The translations under genes and the position numbers were made by a program. Below, piece after piece: positions 35,439-45,046 of a stretch of 55,016 nucleotides of DNA; the first letter of the stretch is position 1, and each line of letters opens with the position of its first letter. Below the pieces are notes generated by a model, which made no database searches, was not told the DNA's origin, and worked only from the letters and a program-made list of their open reading frames with translations. Origin of the DNA: a virus. Its lineage: Duplodnaviria > Caudoviricetes. The stretch spans positions 1 to 55,016 of IMG/VR virus record IMGVR_UViG_3300020202_001036. One strand, written 5' to 3'.

Positions 35439-37769
35439 ATGGCGCAGAGGTTTCGCCCACCACGCGACGTCCCTGATATTGGGGCCACACCCGCTGAACA
35501 GGCGCGGTTCAAGGCGTGGCTGCGCACCGCGTTCGTCGAGCTCGCCGAGGACATCGCCGCGCTCGGTCGCATCGACGCTCAGACGGTTGTCGCCCAAGAG
35601 ACCATCGACGTAGCCGAGGGCTCGCTCCGGCGCGTGACTCCGCCGTCGGGCGGCATGGCGGTCCGCGTCCCGCCGCCGCACCCAGGCAACGCGGGCGCGA
35701 CGATCCGCCTCATGATCGAGGCGCCGGTCGGTGCGCTCACCATCGTGGCGCGGCCCGGCGTTGGCGACGATGGCAGAGTGTTCCAGCCCACGATCAACGG
35801 GCAGAGCGCGGCCACGTTTACGGCTTCTGGGCTCGTCGTGCTCACGTCGAACGGCGAGGACGACTGGAAGTCGGCGGCCGAGTTCGCCGCGGAGTCGCCG
35901 GCGAGCATCGTCATGCGCTCCGGAGGCTCCGCGCTCGACGCGGAGTACCTATTACGCACCGCAAACGCTCAACTGCCGAACGCGCGTGTCGCTGATGACT
36001 CGACCGAGATCGATATCAACTACTCGGCGCCGGCTCTCGTCAGTTGGTTCCTGAAGACTGCCAGCGTCGCATTCTCGAAGCTCGCCAATTTGACGGGGCT
36101 GAGCGTGCTCGGGCGCGCCGCCAACAGCGCCGGAGTCATGGCCGCCATTACGGCCACGGCGGGTCGCCAGGTGCTACGAAACAATGATGCTGGCACTCAG
36201 ATCGAATGGGGCAACCCGATTGAGGCGCAGCTCGACGACGTCGACCAGGGCGACGTGCACACGATCAATAGGGAAGACGGACGCCTCAGTGTCGCGGGCG
36301 GGATCGCCACATTCGCGAAGCCGCAGTCGGTTTCGGATGCGCCGGCAGGAACCCAGAACAGCTACCCGCTGCCGGCCACGTTGAAGCATGGCGACATTCT
36401 GAGTTGGAACCTGTCTGGTGGAGCCGTCACGTTGAATGGGATCGACTCGACGGGTGTACCCGACGGCTTCGAGTTCACGCTAACTCAATCCAATGGCGGT
36501 CTACCTGACGGGAATCAGCTTACGGTTGTAGACGAGAGCGGATCCGCTGGCGCCGCTGGATATCGCATCGGCACGCCAGATAACATCTCCATGATCGTTG
36601 GCACGGCCGGCGCCATCCGTTTCCGTCGGTTGGGCGATCCTGCCACTGGTCGATGGTTTGCCGTCGAACGCGGTTTCCCGCGTTCGTCCACCAGTATCGT
36701 CTACGGAGGCACCAGCGGGCGCGAAGCGCAGCGCGCTGCACTGACAGGATTCGCCGCAGCTCCTCAGAACAGCAACGCGACAACGAGCGCGGAGCCGCTC
36801 GTAACATACAGCGCAAGCGCCAACATGAGTGCCGAGCGCGTGCTTACAACGAGCACATCAAACACAGTCGACGTTTCGGTTGCTGGACAGATTCAAGTGC
36901 GAAGCGCTGCAAAAACAGGCGCCATCTCGCAAGCCGCCAACTCAAACGCCACGCAGTTTGCTGGCATCCGCGACAACGGGTCGCTCGAAACAGCGCGTGG
37001 GTTCATCAACGTGCTGTCCACCAGCACCATCACCGCGCTGGGCACGCAAGACGCGGGCAACGATGAGATCGAGCTGACGTGGAACGTCAATCTGGCTGCT
37101 GCGTACGCTTGGACAGGCAGTCATACGATTGGCGGCTCGGCGAACTGGACGATGAATTCCACCGGTGACTACGCCGTCACGGCGGCAGTGGTGGGGTTGA
37201 TTAGCAGTAGCACGATGGGGCTCGACGCCGTTGGGACATTGACGCTCGAGTCAGACTTGAACGTGCAGGTCAATGCCGACGCGCTGTATCTGTCGGGCGA
37301 CGGATTCCTGGTGTTCGATTCCGCGCCTGCGTCGACGCCTAGCCTCGGGACGCAACAGGGCATGTTCTGGGTGTCTCCGTCGTCTGCATCGGCCGAAACG
37401 CTACCTAGGTTCACCGACTCCGCCAACTCCGACCGTCGCCTGCTTATGTCGTTCGACCAGTTCTCGTTATCCACAGCGACCGGCGCCATCGGGACGGCGG
37501 CGCTCGATGACGAGCACGATGTCTTTCGTTGGAGTGGCGGGGCCAACGCGGACATTGACGGATGGTCGGGAAACCTGTGGAACGGGCGAGTCCTGTGCAT
37601 CAGGAATACAACCAACGCTTTCACGCTCACGGTCAACCATGCCGCAGCGGCTACTCCTGCGAACGGGGTCAGATGTCCAGGGAGCGCGGCATTCGCGCTT
37701 GGCCCCAACAGTAGCGTGCTAGCAATTTACGATACAACCACGTCGCGGTGGCACTTAGTGGCTTACTGA
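35439..37769 (+). CDS. Tail fibre / receptor-binding protein
   Basis: 776 aa, Gly/Ser/Thr/Ala-rich; three related modules ending DDWK, GRWF and SRWH. Confidence 0.7.
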   Translation: MAQRFRPPRDVPDIGATPAEQARFKAWLRTAFVELAEDIAALGRIDAQTVVAQETIDVAEGSLRRVTPPSGGMAVRVPPPHPGNAGATIRLMIEAPVGALTIVARPGVGDDGRVFQPTINGQSAATFTASGLVVLTSNGEDDWKSAAEFAAESPASIVMRSGGSALDAEYLLRTANAQLPNARVADDSTEIDINYSAPALVSWFLKTASVAFSKLANLTGLSVLGRAANSAGVMAAITATAGRQVLRNNDAGTQIEWGNPIEAQLDDVDQGDVHTINREDGRLSVAGGIATFAKPQSVSDAPAGTQNSYPLPATLKHGDILSWNLSGGAVTLNGIDSTGVPDGFEFTLTQSNGGLPDGNQLTVVDESGSAGAAGYRIGTPDNISMIVGTAGAIRFRRLGDPATGRWFAVERGFPRSSTSIVYGGTSGREAQRAALTGFAAAPQNSNATTSAEPLVTYSASANMSAERVLTTSTSNTVDVSVAGQIQVRSAAKTGAISQAANSNATQFAGIRDNGSLETARGFINVLSTSTITALGTQDAGNDEIELTWNVNLAAAYAWTGSHTIGGSANWTMNSTGDYAVTAAVVGLISSSTMGLDAVGTLTLESDLNVQVNADALYLSGDGFLVFDSAPASTPSLGTQQGMFWVSPSSASAETLPRFTDSANSDRRLLMSFDQFSLSTATGAIGTAALDDEHDVFRWSGGANADIDGWSGNLWNGRVLCIRNTTNAFTLTVNHAAAATPANGVRCPGSAAFALGPNSSVLAIYDTTTSRWHLVAY

Positions 37770-37795
37770 TTGTGTGACTTCGGAGATTGGATCCA

Positions 37796-37984
37796 ATGGC
37801 TCAGCGCAAACGCACCCGCCGCACACAGGAAGAGTACACGATGCCGATCAACGACGCGCTCGCGCTGCTGCTGCCTCAGCATGTGCCGCAGGACGGTGAC
37901 ACCTGGACGCTATTCGTGCGTGACGGCACCCTGGAGATGACGCTGACGCAAGCGCCAGAGGTGCTGACGGGCAGTTCACGGTAG
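37796..37984 (+). CDS. Hypothetical protein
   Basis: Short ORF after the fibre gene; start uncertain. Confidence 0.4.
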   Translation: MAQRKRTRRTQEEYTMPINDALALLLPQHVPQDGDTWTLFVRDGTLEMTLTQAPEVLTGSSR

Positions 37985-38473
37985 CGCTTCGCCGGTGCCT
38001 GGATCGACGGTGTTGCAGTCGAGCGCGGTCACGTCGACGAGGCCAACTTCGCCGTACGTTCGCACCACCGCGTTCTCAGGATCGACGATGAGACTGAGCG
38101 ATAGCGGAGCCCCATCCGCGTCCGTCCCGCCACGCGGGTCGAGCGTCGACCAATCGGTCAGAAAGCAAAGCCCGCCCGTATAGTAGGCGATGTCGACGAC
38201 ACGATCGCCGCGTCGCTCGACAGAGCAAATCCCGGAAACGTTGCCGTCGGAAAATGTGACGTGCTCGGCCTCCACGGACACGCGCACGTCGCCGCTCGAG
38301 TAGGAGCCGGCGCATTTGACGCTTGCGGTGACACGGACGCCATCGGCGCCGGGTGGGCCCGGGGCACCAGGTGGGCCGTCCGCGCCACGCTCACCGGGCG
38401 CGCCGGGGGCTCCAGTCTCGCCTCGCTCGCCAGAGCATCCAGCCACCATCAAAACGAGCAAAAACCGCCTCAC
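37976..38473 (-). CDS. Collagen-like repeat lipoprotein (moron-like)
   Basis: VRRFLLVLMVAGC lipobox followed by GERGETGAPGAPGERGADGPPGAPGPPGADG. Confidence 0.75.
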   Translation of the reverse strand: MRRFLLVLMVAGCSGERGETGAPGAPGERGADGPPGAPGPPGADGVRVTASVKCAGSYSSGDVRVSVEAEHVTFSDGNVSGICSVERRGDRVVDIAYYTGGLCFLTDWSTLDPRGGTDADGAPLSLSLIVDPENAVVRTYGEVGLVDVTALDCNTVDPGTGEALP

Positions 38474-38576
38474 CCGCGGCACTACGGACGCCGCACCGGC
38501 GTCTTTAGGCCCTCCGCCTCCGCGCCTAGTCCGATGGCCGGTTGCCTGCCAGCCGGTTCCGCGCTTCGCTCCGCGG

Positions 38577-38903
38577 ATGCCTGCCGACACCCACGGCCCA
38601 TTCCCCTTCGAGGCGGTTCGCGACCTGCTCGGGATCGCCCGAGCGCTCTACCGTGCCGCGGACGGTGAGCCCCAGCGCCAGGCCGAGCTGCAGCACATCG
38701 GGACGGGGCTGCGCGAGGCCCTCGAACTGGCGCGCAGCAGTGGCGAGGGCACGATGGGGCGCCGTGCCGCCTGGGCCAAGGCGGAGCGCGCCGCCAAGGC
38801 GCTCGGGGAGTTGGTCGCCGACGGATGCACCGTCGAGCCGCTGGTGCACGCCACGGCGGCGCGTCTGGCGCGTGGCCGGCGCACACGGGCGCGCAATCAG
38901 TGA
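38577..38903 (+). CDS. Helical hypothetical protein
   Basis: MPADTHGPFPFEAVRDLLGIARALY...; appears all-alpha. Confidence 0.55.
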   Translation: MPADTHGPFPFEAVRDLLGIARALYRAADGEPQRQAELQHIGTGLREALELARSSGEGTMGRRAAWAKAERAAKALGELVADGCTVEPLVHATAARLARGRRTRARNQ

Positions 38904-38948
38904 GCAGTTCAGTGGTACGGCTATCCGAGTCCGTGGAATCGTCCCGCC

Positions 38949-39254
38949 GTGGCCGCCGTCACTCCCCCGATCGAGGGGCCATTCTTCGTCACCGAGCGCG
39001 CCGCGCGCGATTACGCCACGCTGATGCGCCTGGACGACCTCGAGCGCGCCCGGACAGAGCTCGCCCAGCTCGCGGCGCGGGCCCACCTGGTGAGGCGCCA
39101 GGCGAACGGGCTCGAGCTCTGGCGCGTCAAGGCATTCGACGGGCAGCGACTCCGCCTGCTCGTCGGCGAGCCCGCTGCGCGCTTCCCAGGCGCCAAACCG
39201 GCGCTGATCCAGGTGCTCGGCGAGTTCACGCGCGGGCCGAAAACGGCCCGGTGA
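38949..39254 (+). CDS. Hypothetical protein
   Basis: Plausible ORF with genome-typical codon use. Confidence 0.5.
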   Translation: MAAVTPPIEGPFFVTERAARDYATLMRLDDLERARTELAQLAARAHLVRRQANGLELWRVKAFDGQRLRLLVGEPAARFPGAKPALIQVLGEFTRGPKTAR

Positions 39255-39296
39255 GCGCGTGTGGCGGCCGGCGCCCGTCTGGGGTATTGTCCGGCC

Positions 39297-39632
39297 ATGA
39301 AGATGGCACTTATCCTGCTAGCGATCGGGTGCGGGTCGGCTGCGGTCGCAGCGCCCAAATCTACCGAGTCCAGACCCGCTGAGAAAGGCTCGCCGTCGAT
39401 GCTGGTGCTCGACAACGGGCCGCCGCCTTCACCAGCGAGCCTCGTTGCGCCTGGCGAGGACCTGGCCGAGTCGCAGGCGAGGCTCGATGAAGACCTGCGG
39501 CTAAACCCGCCTGGCCCCGCGCCAGCGACCTTCTGCGACGCGCCCGAGGACGACCCGCTGGCGCCGGCCGAGCCCGCAAAGACTTCGGCTCGGGCCCGCG
39601 CCAAGCCGAAGTCCGCGGTGTTACCTCACTGA
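39297..39632 (+). CDS. Short Pro-rich lipoprotein sharing 34 codons with 39626..40897
   Basis: MKMALILLAIGC lipobox; TATTGT lies 6 nt before the ATG. Confidence 0.6.
   Translation: MKMALILLAIGCGSAAVAAPKSTESRPAEKGSPSMLVLDNGPPPSPASLVAPGEDLAESQARLDEDLRLNPPGPAPATFCDAPEDDPLAPAEPAKTSARARAKPKSAVLPH
39423..39525 (+). repeat. 103-bp inverted repeat, left copy
   Basis: Exact reverse complement of 40672-40774. Confidence 0.95.
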
Positions 39633-40897
39633 CCGGTCGGGATGAAGCAGCTCAGGTCGTTGTCGTGGATGTCGAGCGCATCGCCGCTCGCATCCATGTC
39701 GATGTCGTTGATGCTCTCGCGATGAAGCTGCGAAATACCCATCGACGTAGCCACCGTCTGCGCGCATGTCAGGCCGGCACGCATGACACCGAAGGTGATG
39801 TCGGCGTATTGGTCGTGGGCGAACGAGAACCCGTGCATCATCTCGTGCAACAGGATGTTGAAGATGCCTGAGCGACGAGGCAGGACTTGAGTCGTGCACG
39901 ACAGGAAATTGAACAACCCTGACCAATTAACGCCGATGTCGACCTTGCTATAGGTGTACATCATGTCGGGGCGTTGAGTGTACTGCACGGGAGGAAAGGT
40001 GCTGCCTGGAAGGCCAGCGGTTTCGCATTCGTCGGTCCACTCGACGATCTCGCCCTGCACAGCGGTGGCGTAGCGCAGCATCAATGGGCCAGCAGCGCTG
40101 AAACGTGCTGCAGCGGAGGCCGGCACGGTCGAGTCGCATTTGACGATGACCTTCGCTTCCGAGACGTTGGTGGTTCTCGGGAAAGTCAGCAGCGTGTTGT
40201 TTTCGAGGTACGTGAACATCGCTTGGATCGCGATCCGAAAGTCTTCACGCTGGCTGCTGTTGTTGGGGCATGCCGTTTCGTCATAGTACCAGCGCCACCG
40301 ACGTCCCGTGGTGCTCAGGTGGATGTAGGGCATCAGGCACGGGCGCCACTCGTTCGTCGTGAGATCTGGGCGCTGGAACAGAGACCCGCAGCGAGCGCCT
40401 GGGGTGCGAAGCGAGTTGGAGTCCAGAAAGTCCACGTGACTATCGATCTGGATGTCCAAAGCCTGGATGTGCCAGGCGTCGTCGCAATCGAGCCCGAAGT
40501 GGCTGCAGTGATCGGGCTTCCCGGGGGCATCGTTGATGCCGTCCTGGAACGCGAGTTCGCCGTGCAGCGCCCAGCCCGCCAGTGCGGGGAAAGAGTCGTT
40601 TGCCTTCTCGACTTCCCCCTCTTCTAGGGGCGGGTCAGCGTAGGGGTCATCTTCGTGCGTCCAGATCCTCTCTGGCGCGGGGCCAGGCGGGTTTAGCCGC
40701 AGGTCTTCATCGAGCCTCGCCTGCGACTCGGCCAGGTCCTCGCCAGGCGCAACGAGGCTCGCTGGTGAAGGCGGTAGCAGGATCTCATTGAGATCTGGGC
40801 GCTCCAGCACCGGCGGCTGCTCCGGTGAGTCGAGCAGCGTCTCGTCGTTGCTGCTGCAGCCCACCGTGAGCGCGAGCATCATCCAAATTCGCTTCAT
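39626..40897 (-). CDS. Lipoprotein zinc metalloprotease (metzincin-like), Cys-rich
   Basis: AAGGA SD; MKRIWMMLALTVGC; HEMMHGFSFAH followed by a GVM Met-turn. Confidence 0.75.
   Translation of the reverse strand: MKRIWMMLALTVGCSSNDETLLDSPEQPPVLERPDLNEILLPPSPASLVAPGEDLAESQARLDEDLRLNPPGPAPERIWTHEDDPYADPPLEEGEVEKANDSFPALAGWALHGELAFQDGINDAPGKPDHCSHFGLDCDDAWHIQALDIQIDSHVDFLDSNSLRTPGARCGSLFQRPDLTTNEWRPCLMPYIHLSTTGRRWRWYYDETACPNNSSQREDFRIAIQAMFTYLENNTLLTFPRTTNVSEAKVIVKCDSTVPASAAARFSAAGPLMLRYATAVQGEIVEWTDECETAGLPGSTFPPVQYTQRPDMMYTYSKVDIGVNWSGLFNFLSCTTQVLPRRSGIFNILLHEMMHGFSFAHDQYADITFGVMRAGLTCAQTVATSMGISQLHRESINDIDMDASGDALDIHDNDLSCFIPTGQ
40672..40774 (-). repeat. 103-bp inverted repeat, right copy
   Basis: Encodes PPSPASLVAPGEDLAESQARLDEDLRLNPPGPAP in both genes. 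Confidence 0.95.
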
Positions 40898-41034
40898 GGA
40901 TTCGTTCCTTTCAGTCGGCGCGCGGGCGGCACTGCGCCACCCGCATCGCCTTTCAATGGCAGCGCTGCTCGCGTGCGGGTCCAAGCCGCGTGGTTCGCGA
41001 GTCAGCGCGATGTGCGCCCGATGGGGCGCGTGTT

Positions 41035-41817
41035 TCACTGATTCTGTGTGGGTTCCTCCTTTGCCTGGCCGCAGATGTGGTCGTCGCAGTGCTGCTCCAA
41101 CCGGCTCCAGGTTACGCGCGACAGATCACCGCCAGGGTCCTCCATTTCGCGCCTGATGCCCTCCAGCAGCGCGAGCGCGGCCGCGAGCTGCCGCCGGAGC
41201 TCGAGCGCCTCATCGCATCCGCACGCATCGACCTCCGCGGGGCGCTCGCTGCGGTAGTCGGGCGCGGGCGCGATCAGGTAGTCGGGAATGGCGAAGCCCT
41301 GCGACTCGTAGTCGGGCTCGCGCTGGATCACGACCGTGCCGGGGCCGATCTGGCCAAACGACGGACACAGCGTGTTCTCGCCCTCGCGATGGCGCACCAG
41401 GCAGAGAGGGCAGAGCGGAGGCGTGCTGGGCTCCAGGGTGGCGCCACCCAGCGGCGCGATGACGGGGCGGAACGGGAGGCTCGCTAGCTCTGCCGCGTCC
41501 ATTGGGCGGGGGCTGGGCAGGAGCGCCTCGAGCGCCGCGACACGCCTGCCAATGTCCTCTCGGATGGCCGTCTCGACGTCTGCGTTGCGGAAGAGCACGC
41601 GGTTCTCGTGCTCGAGCGCGTCGATCCGCTCGCGCAGCGGCTTGCCCTCGGCGGGGTAAACCAGTGCGTCCAGATCGTCGATGCGCCTACCCAACTCGAC
41701 GGCGCGGTCATCAAGCGCAGTGGTCTGCTCGACCAACGCTGTGATGTTCCTGGCGCGTTCGTTCTCCAGCGCTGCAACGCGGCGCCGAATCTCCTCGAAT
41801 TGCTCGAACATCGTCAT
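41035..41817 (-). CDS. Coiled-coil hypothetical protein
   Basis: RRVAALE twice; CPLC motif. Confidence 0.6.
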   Translation of the reverse strand: MTMFEQFEEIRRRVAALENERARNITALVEQTTALDDRAVELGRRIDDLDALVYPAEGKPLRERIDALEHENRVLFRNADVETAIREDIGRRVAALEALLPSPRPMDAAELASLPFRPVIAPLGGATLEPSTPPLCPLCLVRHREGENTLCPSFGQIGPGTVVIQREPDYESQGFAIPDYLIAPAPDYRSERPAEVDACGCDEALELRRQLAAALALLEGIRREMEDPGGDLSRVTWSRLEQHCDDHICGQAKEEPTQNQ

Positions 41818-42140
41818 CGCTTCACCTTCGTGCAGAGAACCTCTCTGATGAGTCGCGCCCACGCATGAGCCTTAAGCCGGTCCGTGGCCGGAAAGCGCAT
41901 GATCCGCCACCCCAGCAACACGGCCGCGTTGTACTTCTCACACTCGTCTCTGACGGCCTTCACGCGGCTGTGACCGCCACCCTGCCCGTCGATCTCAATC
42001 GCCAGTTTCTGCGACGGGAAGGCAAAATCAAATCTCCAGCGCCGCGTCTCGTGAAAGCGATACTCGCGAACCAAATCCCAGCCCGGCACCGGGTTCGCGG
42101 CGAGCGCCTTGGCCAGGTACTCCTCGGCGAGGCTCTTCAC
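41814..42140 (-). CDS. PD-(D/E)XK endonuclease (DUF559/Vsr-like)
   Basis: REYRFHETRRWRFDFAFP..KLAIEIDG..D.EKYNAA..GW. Confidence 0.8.
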   Translation of the reverse strand: MKSLAEEYLAKALAANPVPGWDLVREYRFHETRRWRFDFAFPSQKLAIEIDGQGGGHSRVKAVRDECEKYNAAVLLGWRIMRFPATDRLKAHAWARLIREVLCTKVKR

Positions 42141-42364
42141 CGCTCCCCCAGCGCGCTCGGGTCGAGCCGACCAAACCGCATGGCAAGAAAGCCGTACGCG
42201 CGCGGGTCACGGCCCGCGGCGCGCAACTCGCGGCAGAAGGTCTCGGTGTTGCCTCGGCACCGCATGGCCGTGTAGGTGTCGATCCCGGCGTCCCGAGCGG
42301 CGCGGTAGCGGCGGCGCTGAAGATCATTGAACTCCCTCGCCTGCTCTGGCGTGCGACGCGGCAT
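42137..42364 (-). CDS. Small basic protein with GxDP domain
   Basis: Aligns without gaps to 42364..42747 and 52649..52903. Confidence 0.6.
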   Translation of the reverse strand: MPRRTPEQAREFNDLQRRRYRAARDAGIDTYTAMRCRGNTETFCRELRAAGRDPRAYGFLAMRFGRLDPSALGER

Positions 42365-42747
42365 CAGGCCACCTCCCGCCGCGCCACGAGGCCCGGTCGC
42401 AATGGCAGCGTTCGTCCAGCGGACAGGGCCCGCATCGCGTAGGCATGAGCTGCTGCGCTCCGGCACCAGAACCGCGCCTGACCGGCGGGCATCCCGGCGC
42501 TCTTCAGCTCGGCGTAGGCGGCGCGCCTGCGAGCGGCAGCCTCCGACTCCGACCTCGCCTTGCCCTCCGCCCCCATCAGGTCGGGGAACGCCTGCGGGTC
42601 CACGCCAGCGCCGCGCAGAGTTTCAAGGAAACGAGACCGACTGGTCCGGACCCGAGACGCGACGCGCCAGTCGATCCCGAGCCGGCGCATGAGCGCGTGA
42701 CGTCCCCGCCAGAGCGCGCGCATGTTGGGCGTCGCGAAGCCGGTCAT
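42364..42747 (-). CDS. Basic protein with one full and one partial GxDP domain
   Basis: GGAGG SD; ATG 42747. Confidence 0.6.
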   Translation of the reverse strand: MTGFATPNMRALWRGRHALMRRLGIDWRVASRVRTSRSRFLETLRGAGVDPQAFPDLMGAEGKARSESEAAARRRAAYAELKSAGMPAGQARFWCRSAAAHAYAMRALSAGRTLPLRPGLVARREVA

Positions 42748-43265
42748 GGCTTCGCCTCCCGGCGCCCGCTGGGCGGAACCCAGGTCTGCGGCGGAATCAC
42801 GGCGCGCTGGCACGTGTGGTTGGTCTCGATGCCTTCGAGGCAGCCCTTGCAGGTGCGCTGGCACGGGTGGTTGCTCTCGAATCCTTCGGCGCACCCGATG
42901 CACTCGGGCTGCTTCACCTTCCGCTCCGCTTTCTCGCGCTCGGTCGGGGCTGGGGCGGTGGTCTGCAGGAAGGCGCGGGTGTCGCTGACAACAGAAGCAC
43001 TCCGACCGCCCACGTTGCGCGGCGGTGTGACGGCCATCCACCTGCCCAGCAACTCGGTCGCGGTGGAGAGGCGGGACTTGAGCGAACCGCACAGGTCGCG
43101 CATTCCAGCATCGGCGTCGTCTCCGTCCTGCAGCTCCGCTCGCAATCGCTCCAGCAACTCGGTCGTGGCGGAGAGGCGGGTGTTGGTGTCCCATAGGTCT
43201 CGGGCGAGACCTTGACACGTAGTCACCAACTCTTCTCTAGACATACTATCGAACTTAGTCGACAT
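42744..43265 (-). CDS. Mosaic hypothetical protein with internal repeats
   Basis: RLS[AT][TA]TELL twice; C..C.EG.E.NH.CQR twice. Confidence 0.55.
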   Translation of the reverse strand: MSTKFDSMSREELVTTCQGLARDLWDTNTRLSATTELLERLRAELQDGDDADAGMRDLCGSLKSRLSTATELLGRWMAVTPPRNVGGRSASVVSDTRAFLQTTAPAPTEREKAERKVKQPECIGCAEGFESNHPCQRTCKGCLEGIETNHTCQRAVIPPQTWVPPSGRREAKP

Positions 43266-44823
43266 CGCGCCGCCTTCCGCAACCCTCGTTCGGCCGATGC
43301 GTGTAACAGCACTTGTCACACAGCTTCTGTTGGTTTGCCTCCAACCGCTCCACCTCCGTGCACAGGGCCTCGCAATCGCGACAGGGTTTCTCCAAGGCTT
43401 CGTTCGCAGCGTCGAGCAGTCCGGTGATGTGCTCCACCTCCGCGCGCAGTGCCTCCTGCGTCTCCAGCGACTCACCCAGCGCTTCGTACGCCTTGTGCAG
43501 CTCCGCGCGCAGGGCCGCGGCTTTGGATTCGGCCGCACTGCGCGTTGCCAGCAGCTCTTTATTTACCTGCCGCAGGCGTTCGTTCTGTTTAAACAATCCC
43601 TGCGCGTTCTCCAGCTCAATCTGCTGATGTGCCAAGTCGCGCTCGTTCAGCGCTTGCTCGTGTGCCCGCTCCGCCGCCTCGCACTTGGCTTTCCACTCGG
43701 CGCACTCGGATTCGGCGCGGTCGAATTGGTCGTGCAATGCCTTCAGATGAGCGTTTGCATCTGCTAGGTCCGCTTCCGCCGCTTCCGCCCGATTCATGAG
43801 AGTCGCTTGACCCATCGCCTCCAGGGCCTGCTCCAGCTCTTGTTCCGCGCACTGACGCGCCTCGTAGTGTACCTTCGCGCCAGCCTCCGCCGCCTCGCAC
43901 TTGGCCTTGACCTCGGCGAGCTCGGATTCGGCGCGCTGCAGGTCCTCATCTGCCGCTGCCATGTAACTCTGATACTGGTCTGCGGCCTGGTGGTCTTTGA
44001 GGACTAACCTGCGAACAGCCTCTTCTCGGTCTTTGGCGTACCGCTCCGCCGCATCGGCGCGGGTGTTGGCTGCATGCAGCGACTCGGACACAGCGGCTAG
44101 GTCCTCCGACTGCATCCGGTTCATCGCCTCCAACTCCGCCACCCGGGCATTGGCTGCGTCCAACTCATCCTGAAGGCGGGTCACCTCGCAACCCAGCCCG
44201 ATGCTGCGCGCCTCCAACTCCACCACCCGGGCGTTGGCTGCGTCCAAGAGAGACTCGGCCGCGCGGGCGTGTGATTCCAGCGCTCCGCACTCCGCCTCCA
44301 GCTCCGTCACCCGGGCGTCGCCCAGCGCCGTGATGTCTTCTCGGTCGCGCTCCAACTCCGCCACCCGGGCGTTTGCTGCGGCGAGGTCGCAGTGCAGCTT
44401 GGTCGGCCCCGTCTGGTCGGGCGCGCCATGGTATTCGTCGATGCGGGCCTTGGTCGGGCTCGGCCCCGTGTGCTTGGGTGAGCCGGAAGCCGGTGCGGCG
44501 GCGAGGGCGGCCTCGAAAGCGTCACACGTCGTCTTGGGCAGGTGGGCGAATGCGCGCGTTTCGTACCAGGCCCGCACCCGGTCGAGCGCCGCGGCGAGGG
44601 CTTCGCACTTGGCGTTTGCGGCGTCCAATTCGTCTCGCGTGTCGAGCCAGCGTGCGTTGGCTGCGTTTCGTTCTTTTTCTGCGGTCGCTATCTCCGCGGC
44701 CTGGGCGTCGCACTTGGCGGTCGCAGCGTCCAGCAGACGGAGGGCTTTGGCCTCCAACTGGTAGTCACCATCGCCGTCCGCCAGCGCTGCGCGCTCCTCG
44801 TCCGTCAGTTTCTCCGTGGTCAT
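43255..44823 (-). CDS. Long repetitive coiled-coil protein
   Basis: Repeated LxAANARVAELE and RAESE blocks; AGGAGG SD. Confidence 0.7.
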   Translation of the reverse strand: MTTEKLTDEERAALADGDGDYQLEAKALRLLDAATAKCDAQAAEIATAEKERNAANARWLDTRDELDAANAKCEALAAALDRVRAWYETRAFAHLPKTTCDAFEAALAAAPASGSPKHTGPSPTKARIDEYHGAPDQTGPTKLHCDLAAANARVAELERDREDITALGDARVTELEAECGALESHARAAESLLDAANARVVELEARSIGLGCEVTRLQDELDAANARVAELEAMNRMQSEDLAAVSESLHAANTRADAAERYAKDREEAVRRLVLKDHQAADQYQSYMAAADEDLQRAESELAEVKAKCEAAEAGAKVHYEARQCAEQELEQALEAMGQATLMNRAEAAEADLADANAHLKALHDQFDRAESECAEWKAKCEAAERAHEQALNERDLAHQQIELENAQGLFKQNERLRQVNKELLATRSAAESKAAALRAELHKAYEALGESLETQEALRAEVEHITGLLDAANEALEKPCRDCEALCTEVERLEANQQKLCDKCCYTHRPNEGCGRRRDVD

Positions 44824-45044
44824 CGCTTCCTCCTAGCTCTCTCGCGAATCGCCTCGACCTCAGCCGGCAGGAACTTGGTCGCGATCATGTTGCGAGCGCA
44901 GAGCGCGTTGGCGCGCGCCAGCAGCCTCTGTGTCCTCGGCATCGGCACGCGCAGGGCCGGGTCGCCGCGGTCATCCTTCAGGTCACGGCGCTCGAGGTCA
45001 CGGCAGAAGGCCTCGAGTGCCCGATCGAGAGTGGCGTAGTTCAC
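44820..45044 (-). CDS. Hypothetical protein
   Basis: Directly follows recT; coupled downstream. Confidence 0.45.
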   Translation of the reverse strand: MNYATLDRALEAFCRDLERRDLKDDRGDPALRVPMPRTQRLLARANALCARNMIATKFLPAEVEAIRERARRKR

Positions 45045-45046
45045 GA

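Noticed and set aside
38577-38903. Avd-like four-helix protein of a diversity-generating retroelement
   Set aside because: No reverse transcriptase and no adenine-specific TR/VR pair were seen; the 103-bp repeat is exact and inverted.
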